Shown here: one piece after another, positions 34,501 to 39,365 of the stretch
How the letters are laid out: each line of letters opens with the position of its first letter
Position numbering within the stretch: position 1 is the stretch's first letter
Origin: Methanocellales archaeon
Lineage (GTDB): Archaea; Halobacteriota; JAWCLZ01
DNA length: 39,365 bases
Direction: 5' to 3'
Assembly: GCA_038850285.1 (NCBI GenBank)
Contig: JAWCMA010000001.1
Coordinates: forward strand, 124,261-163,625
The notes under the pieces: generated by a model
Database searches by the model: none
The model's input: only the letters and a program-made list of their open reading frames with translations
What the model was told of the DNA's origin: nothing
Position numbers and translations under genes: made by a program

Positions 34501-37403
34501 CAGAATATGAATACAATTCGTTGAGACAACCAGTGAAAATAATTAATCAGCTAGGATTCGCATGCATTAATGAGTACGATAAAATTGGACAGTTAACACG
34601 TACCATAGATGAAAATGATATGGAAACGAGATACAGCTACGATGCCGTAGGAAGACTAACTCAAATTTTGAATCCCGATGGAACTTCAGTAAAATATGAG
34701 TACGATGCAGCAGGCAATAAGATAAAAACTATTGATGAAAATAACAACATTATTACCTATTCTTATGACAAAAATGGGAGGTTAACTAGTATAACAGATC
34801 CCTTGGGTTACAGGTCATTCTTTGAATATGACGCAAACGGTAACTGCGTGAAAAAGATTGATGCCAACGGCAATACCATTAAACATGAATATGATGAACT
34901 GAACAGGATTTCAAAAACAATTCTACCAGACCTTTCAGAGATCCTTTACGAGTATGACATAGATGGAAAACTGCTAGTAATTAGGGAACCAAATGCAACA
35001 TACTACTATACCTACGATGCCCAACGGAGACTCATTGAGGAAAACTGTACTGAAGAAAAGTGGTATATTAAATATGAATATGACAAACTGGGCTACATCA
35101 CCGGTATCGAAAGCCTAGGATATAACTATACTTTTGAATACAGCAACAACTATGCTCTATCCAAAATATACGCTCCAGAAGGTGTATACACCTTTAAAGC
35201 TAATCCCTTTGGTCAGATCGCTGAGGTAGCATACCCCAATGGCGTAACTACCAAGTATAGCTATGATCCCCTTGGTCGCTTTGAGAATATATTGACCTCC
35301 CGAGATGGAGAGATTATTAGCAACTATACCTTCGAAAGGGATGGCGCCGGTAATATCATAAGGCAAATCGATGGAAACAACATAACAACCTACAAATATG
35401 ATAGCCGGTACAGATTAACCAATGTTAGCTTGCCTGGGATGGAGATTAGCTACCAATATGATGCTGCTGGAAACAGAATCAAGGCAGCTAGAAACAACAT
35501 CACCATCGATTACACCTATAACGCCGCAAATCAATTGCTTACAGAAAAAGAAAGCAATGCAGAAAATTCCAGCATTTTATCAGCACTCCTCAATCTGATT
35601 TCAGGACCCACTAGATCTTACACATATGATAAAAATGGGAATTTAATCCTTAAAGTGGAAAATGGAAATACCACAATATACGATTACAACCACGGAAATA
35701 AAATAATCAAAATCACCCATCCTGATCTAAGTACAGAGGAATTCAAATATAACTCACGCGGAAAAAGGATTTATAAAAAGGATAGCAATGGAGTTACCAA
35801 ATATGTTTACAAGGGCGATAATGTACTTTTCGAGCTCGATGAAGACCACAATATTAAAGCACGATATACTTCCTCAAATATAATAGATAATATTCTAAGC
35901 AAGAATTTAGGAGGTAAAGCTCAATACCTGCATTATAATGGGATAGGCAGTGTGGTGAAAATCACAGATGAAAGTGGTTCGCCAGTAGGAACATTCGATT
36001 ATTATCCCTTCGGGGAGATCATAGGAAGAACAGGAGAAGCTAGAAATATTACCATCTCCTACACGGGAAGGGAATTTGAAGAGAACAGCAGGCTATACTA
36101 CTATAGAAACAGATTTTATGATCCAAGTACTGGTAGATTTACAACTATGGATCCATTTCCATCAGATATCCAAGATACAAGTACGCTTCACAGATACGTT
36201 TACGCTAGAAATAACCCAATAATATACAACGACCCCCTTGGGCTGTTCCCATCTGTTGCTGAGTATTGGGATAAATATATAATGGAGCCTAACCGCCAGT
36301 TCCAAGACGATGGCGCCCTTGGAAAGTTTGGATATTATTCAGCTGAAACTGCGACATTTGCTGTCTCATTCCTTGGTTTCGACCCATATGCTGGAACAAG
36401 GACAGCACAGGCTCTATACGATCCTTGCTTCAAAGGAAATAAAGCCCTTGCTATCGCCACCGATATTCTTTCTGTACTACCAATGGTTGGAATGATCGGA
36501 AAAGGCGTGAAAGGTGGCTTGAAGCTCATTGGGAATGGAGGAAAGCTTGTTACACCCAACCTTGTTACTAAAGCAGCTAAAATCGGAAATACAAAAATTA
36601 CCTTCAGTATGATTGGTGGAATCGAAAATAAAATAAAGATCCCTATCTTTTCCAAAACTTACGCTGTTTTAAAATTTCCTTCAAAATTGAAGGAGCAATT
36701 CATCGAAACATTCCTGAGTCACAAGCCAACGATGAAGGCGCTTCATCCTTTGCCCCATGACCCATCAAAAACCCTCAAATGGAATATTGAAATGGCTTGG
36801 GCAGAATCTCGAGATGAAGCAGCAGAGTTTTTTGGGATAGCAAATTATAAGAAAAAGGTACCCGATGTGGTTGCAAAACACAATGAGGCTGAAAAAATAT
36901 TAAATCTCGATGGTGTTGGTGGTCACCACTCAGCTACTATAGATCCCAATAAATTAAGTGGGCTCACAGATAGCGAATTTTTAAGCATTGTAAAGGAGAG
37001 AATGTATGATGAAGCAACCGTCATTTCAAGGCCCTGGTGGCAGAAGTCGAAAGATGTCGATTTTGACAAATTAACACTCGACGAGGCGAGGTCAAAACTA
37101 GGGGGCTATAGACTTGGTAGCTATATTCCAGACGATAAAATTCCAGCGGGTCACCTTAGAGCAAAGCTTGCTTTTGAGGCTGAAGCTCAAAAAAGGAAGA
37201 TTAATTTAAAAAATTTGTGGGAGAAGTGCACAGAAGAAGTGTACAAGTATTATAAGGAGCGTCCTCCACCAACTTCAATCTTTGGGGACCACGGGGAGAA
37301 GTTCTTACTAGGCACGAGAACTGCAGTCACTTTCTCTGATGCATACCAACGCGGGAGATATAATTATAAAGAGCAGGGCGGGAGTGGATATGGCCTGCCT
37401 TAA
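31581..37403 (+). CDS. Secreted Rhs/YD-repeat protein with DUF6531-like domain, Rhs core and 385-aa C-terminal extension
   Basis: Hydrophobic leader ending ASA; DPV..TSGNL...ERSYNS...FGYGW; dozens of YxYDxxGxL...D..G repeats; YYPFGE, YTGREFE...LYYYRNRFYDPSTGRFTTMDP, YVYARNNPIIYNDPLGL. Confidence 0.93.
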   Translation: MVILILLAPQWVELASAGICQCNHGFVWSSLEGKCILPYWVTGDRPGMVECNSELQTATSDPVIITSGNLILKYRDLYIPNARGPSISIERSYNSQSIKGSSFGYGWNFNYEMFLTEFYSNETVELKDEEGNVIDTINITIIKGISITQDHGREDIFLPSPSPNKFLPPAGVYDTLERLEFHPKGYLYVLMKPDGTKYFFDEKRRLSKIEDRNGGYLDFEYPLSYTGYDFLPIKISDNSGHSIKITYEDYKIKTIFVPGGISFPEGRTIIYNYEGAKLKSVTDAEGNTESYDYHPTYSTLVKRTLPMGGSYDYTYEFANYYGRVVPKLISQRDPEGNVKSYFYDWESKPMKTTITDNRMALGHESETKSETRYYNSPGSNVIKITNALGQSETYDWDENYNMRELTDPFGEKQSGTRDSGDRLIEKIDQLNRKLENEFDKFGQIKKQSRIVNNTVVTSVSYGYDDSGNLANITDGDGNTHSFTYNKYGQPTLIVDAEGHKTTFEYYDDIGYLKKVTDELGNTISYTYDEVGNILSETRASADGSQSAIIRYEYNKNSAVTKITDPAGRVTTYSYNRNGYLEREINVYKGVTNYIYYKNNLLKSIEKPSGRIVTYTYYADGFTKTITEGDGIDDRTTSYEYDDSGRITKIINPDGGNVTYIYDPLTNKVTSIDPMGNPTIYLYDEIGREIEVIDAYGNSTKTIYDDEHLKKIVIDKLGYKTTYSYNKMFLLSAIEDALGNQETLAYDKLGNLRFVKEKDGNVTEYVYDPLDRVKWVKDPLGNKLVYDYDYLGNIIAVKDENGNIYRMGYDSAGRITYAMDPMGNREIYTYDDEENMVTVTDARGHATNRYFDTSGRLYKVVEYVGSKEINTLFYYDVFDNVKSISIYNGKETAYYDYDKMDRLVLVNQSHITMTYSYDKNGNLLEIKGMNGVTTHEYDRLNRIIKTHYPDGSNETIIYDANNNKIKIIDVTGRGTEYEYNSLRQPVKIINQLGFACINEYDKIGQLTRTIDENDMETRYSYDAVGRLTQILNPDGTSVKYEYDAAGNKIKTIDENNNIITYSYDKNGRLTSITDPLGYRSFFEYDANGNCVKKIDANGNTIKHEYDELNRISKTILPDLSEILYEYDIDGKLLVIREPNATYYYTYDAQRRLIEENCTEEKWYIKYEYDKLGYITGIESLGYNYTFEYSNNYALSKIYAPEGVYTFKANPFGQIAEVAYPNGVTTKYSYDPLGRFENILTSRDGEIISNYTFERDGAGNIIRQIDGNNITTYKYDSRYRLTNVSLPGMEISYQYDAAGNRIKAARNNITIDYTYNAANQLLTEKESNAENSSILSALLNLISGPTRSYTYDKNGNLILKVENGNTTIYDYNHGNKIIKITHPDLSTEEFKYNSRGKRIYKKDSNGVTKYVYKGDNVLFELDEDHNIKARYTSSNIIDNILSKNLGGKAQYLHYNGIGSVVKITDESGSPVGTFDYYPFGEIIGRTGEARNITISYTGREFEENSRLYYYRNRFYDPSTGRFTTMDPFPSDIQDTSTLHRYVYARNNPIIYNDPLGLFPSVAEYWDKYIMEPNRQFQDDGALGKFGYYSAETATFAVSFLGFDPYAGTRTAQALYDPCFKGNKALAIATDILSVLPMVGMIGKGVKGGLKLIGNGGKLVTPNLVTKAAKIGNTKITFSMIGGIENKIKIPIFSKTYAVLKFPSKLKEQFIETFLSHKPTMKALHPLPHDPSKTLKWNIEMAWAESRDEAAEFFGIANYKKKVPDVVAKHNEAEKILNLDGVGGHHSATIDPNKLSGLTDSEFLSIVKERMYDEATVISRPWWQKSKDVDFDKLTLDEARSKLGGYRLGSYIPDDKIPAGHLRAKLAFEAEAQKRKINLKNLWEKCTEEVYKYYKERPPPTSIFGDHGEKFLLGTRTAVTFSDAYQRGRYNYKEQGGSGYGLP

Positions 37404-39365
37404 CCTAGAGAGGGCACTAGCTATTGCAATTGCAATAACTCTACTGACCAATGCAAATATAGCCTTCGCAATACCTGGGCAGGAGTGCTCCACTCATGCA
37501 GAGTGTGGGGAGAACGAGCACTGTGTTTTTCGATGTGGCGATGGAATTATAGATGAGGGAGAAGAATGCGATGATGGGAATAAGAATGATGGCGATGGCT
37601 GCTCTTCAGAATGCAAATGCGAATTAAAGGAACTATGCAACCCTACTCCTGGATGGAGCTGCGATATAAGGCTTACTAACGATGCAGAGAAATCTATTGA
37701 GCCTGCTATAGCCATTGATTTTGAAAATAATGCGCATATTGTCTGGATTGGAGTTGAAGAGACAAGCAAAATGGTAACTGGCTATTTTGAAAAAACAAAT
37801 GTAAGTTATACTTATGAAGTACGCTCCACCCTTTATTCGCTTTACTATATGAAAATCTCGAAGGATGAAAAGAAATTGGTTAATAAAACAAGAATCTGGC
37901 CTGCTGGTGAAATGGGCACGACCGCGATATTAATGCAACCTAAGATTGCAGTTGATTTTGAAGGAAATCCGCATATCATTGTGATGTATCGCAAAACAAC
38001 CAAGGAATCTGATAATCGCTGGGCTATTTACCTAAAACTCGATAGAGATGGCAAAGCAATTATTAGCGAAGGCTTACACTGGCGCTTTCAAGAAGCTGGG
38101 TGGAGCATTGATTATCTCAATCCCGCGATTGGTGTGAGCCCTAGAGGAACCACGCCAGTGGTTGCGACTAATGTTGAGGTATTTTATCCTGAGGAGTGGT
38201 ATAGGGATGCAGTGCTTAAGGGTGCACTAGGAGATTATTTTTATCAATTAGGAGTGGCAAATGCACTTGCCTATCAAGGTGGACTAGCTGGGGCACTTTT
38301 AGGCATATCTCTAGTAGAACCTGCAGCCTGGGCTTCAATGACTGAGATTCTAAGGGTATATGGCACTTTTTATTGGGATTTCATTAAGATTGCTAAAAGA
38401 GACTGTCCAGATTGCTGGAGAGGCTGGAGCTGGGATGATGTAATTAGATCTCCCGAGCAACCAAAAAATAATATAGATATTAATATTCTTAATCGCTACC
38501 ATTCCCCAAATATAGTCGTCGATGAATTTGGCAATATCAGCATAGTTTATATAGCAAAAGACATTGCCACGAATAAGTTTTACATTAAATTAAATAGAGA
38601 TGGATCGACTCTTACGTTGAACAACCCTGATGCCCAACCAGATAGCCAACCTATCTTCTGGCTGCAGGCTCCTGGTTTGGACATAAATCTCGCTGGTTTC
38701 CCGCACATTGTGTGGCAGGGTAAGGACAAAAGGATATATTATAGCGAAGGAATCGAAGGTTTGCCAAATCAAAAAATATCACGTGATGTAATTGGCTATG
38801 CAAAGCCAGATATCGCGGTTGATTCGCAGGGAATTGTTAATGTTGTATGGCTAAATAAAAGTGAAAATGGAGCAAATGAGCTATTTTATAGATCTTTAGA
38901 AAAAGGAATATGGAGCTCTATAACGCAGTTAACCACTCATATCTGTCCAACGGGTATAGATGTAGATAACCCAGATATAGCTGCTTATAAAGAAAAGACC
39001 GGGGAAAGAGCTGTTCATCTAGTTTGGCAAGATCTAAGGGATGGAAATTATGAGATATACTATAAGCATACCATTCCTGCTGAATATACTTTTATATGGA
39101 TTCCCTTTAGCTGGAGCTCGCAAGCAGAGTTTGAAAACGCTGTAAGAGCGAGAGCAGATTTCTTTTTAAATATATCTCCACTCGCAGAGTGTAAAAGTAA
39201 GGTTAAGAATATCACTCTAGATATAAGCTGGGTGGGATTTAACTGTCCAGAGGTTATTCAAATAGAAAAAGCCCTTGCAGAGAATGGCGAGCCTCCATCG
39301 CCAGGTGAAACCATTATTGCTGCAAAAATATGTGCAGACAATTACATAAAATGGGTAGATCCAAA
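37390..39365 (+). CDS. Large secreted protein: Myxococcus-type Cys-rich repeat plus beta-propeller, 3' truncated by window edge
   Basis: Not in the track. Open from ATG 37390 to the window end (at least 658 codons), overlapping the Rhs gene by 14 bp; signal peptide ending AFA; CGDGIIDEGEECDDGNKNDGDGCSSEC; seven PxIAVDxxGxxHIVW-like repeats. Confidence 0.88.
   Translation, partial: MACLNLERALAIAIAITLLTNANIAFAIPGQECSTHAECGENEHCVFRCGDGIIDEGEECDDGNKNDGDGCSSECKCELKELCNPTPGWSCDIRLTNDAEKSIEPAIAIDFENNAHIVWIGVEETSKMVTGYFEKTNVSYTYEVRSTLYSLYYMKISKDEKKLVNKTRIWPAGEMGTTAILMQPKIAVDFEGNPHIIVMYRKTTKESDNRWAIYLKLDRDGKAIISEGLHWRFQEAGWSIDYLNPAIGVSPRGTTPVVATNVEVFYPEEWYRDAVLKGALGDYFYQLGVANALAYQGGLAGALLGISLVEPAAWASMTEILRVYGTFYWDFIKIAKRDCPDCWRGWSWDDVIRSPEQPKNNIDINILNRYHSPNIVVDEFGNISIVYIAKDIATNKFYIKLNRDGSTLTLNNPDAQPDSQPIFWLQAPGLDINLAGFPHIVWQGKDKRIYYSEGIEGLPNQKISRDVIGYAKPDIAVDSQGIVNVVWLNKSENGANELFYRSLEKGIWSSITQLTTHICPTGIDVDNPDIAAYKEKTGERAVHLVWQDLRDGNYEIYYKHTIPAEYTFIWIPFSWSSQAEFENAVRARADFFLNISPLAECKSKVKNITLDISWVGFNCPEVIQIEKALAENGEPPSPGETIIAAKICADNYIKWVDP

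Overview
Archaeal chromosomal DNA of roughly 40% GC by eye. The gene content (Alba, archaeal SRP RNA, XPB-Bax1, ferredoxin-coupled geranylgeranyl reductase, ahbB-sirC-hemA-hemB) suggests a Methanosarcinales/ANME/Methanocellales-like member of Halobacteriota; this placement is an inference. Bases 1-29.4 kb are mostly core genes: asnB-like-gatC-gatA, an Opp/Dpp ABC operon with a Tat lipoprotein, XPB-Bax1-cooC, SRP RNA, lemA-DUF2207, a regulator-ferredoxin-GGR-QueH-like run, a kinase-TPR protein, Alba-ferredoxin-phytoene desaturase homolog, MscS and tetrapyrrole genes. From about 29.4 kb an accessory region carries a decayed nucleotidyltransferase, an AAA_14/DUF4143 ATPase, a 1940-aa signal-peptide-bearing Rhs/YD protein, and an overlapping large secreted partner that is missing from the ORF track and runs off the window. 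The most notable candidates are: (1) a voltage-sensor (S1-S4) domain fused to a CorA-family channel with a GEN filter; (2) the archaeal secreted Rhs plus secreted beta-propeller partner, with no adjacent immunity gene; (3) an unannotated ~86-nt structured RNA that exposes an anti-Shine-Dalgarno loop complementary to the translation start of the neighbouring oppD. All calls come from motif reading; no database searches were run.
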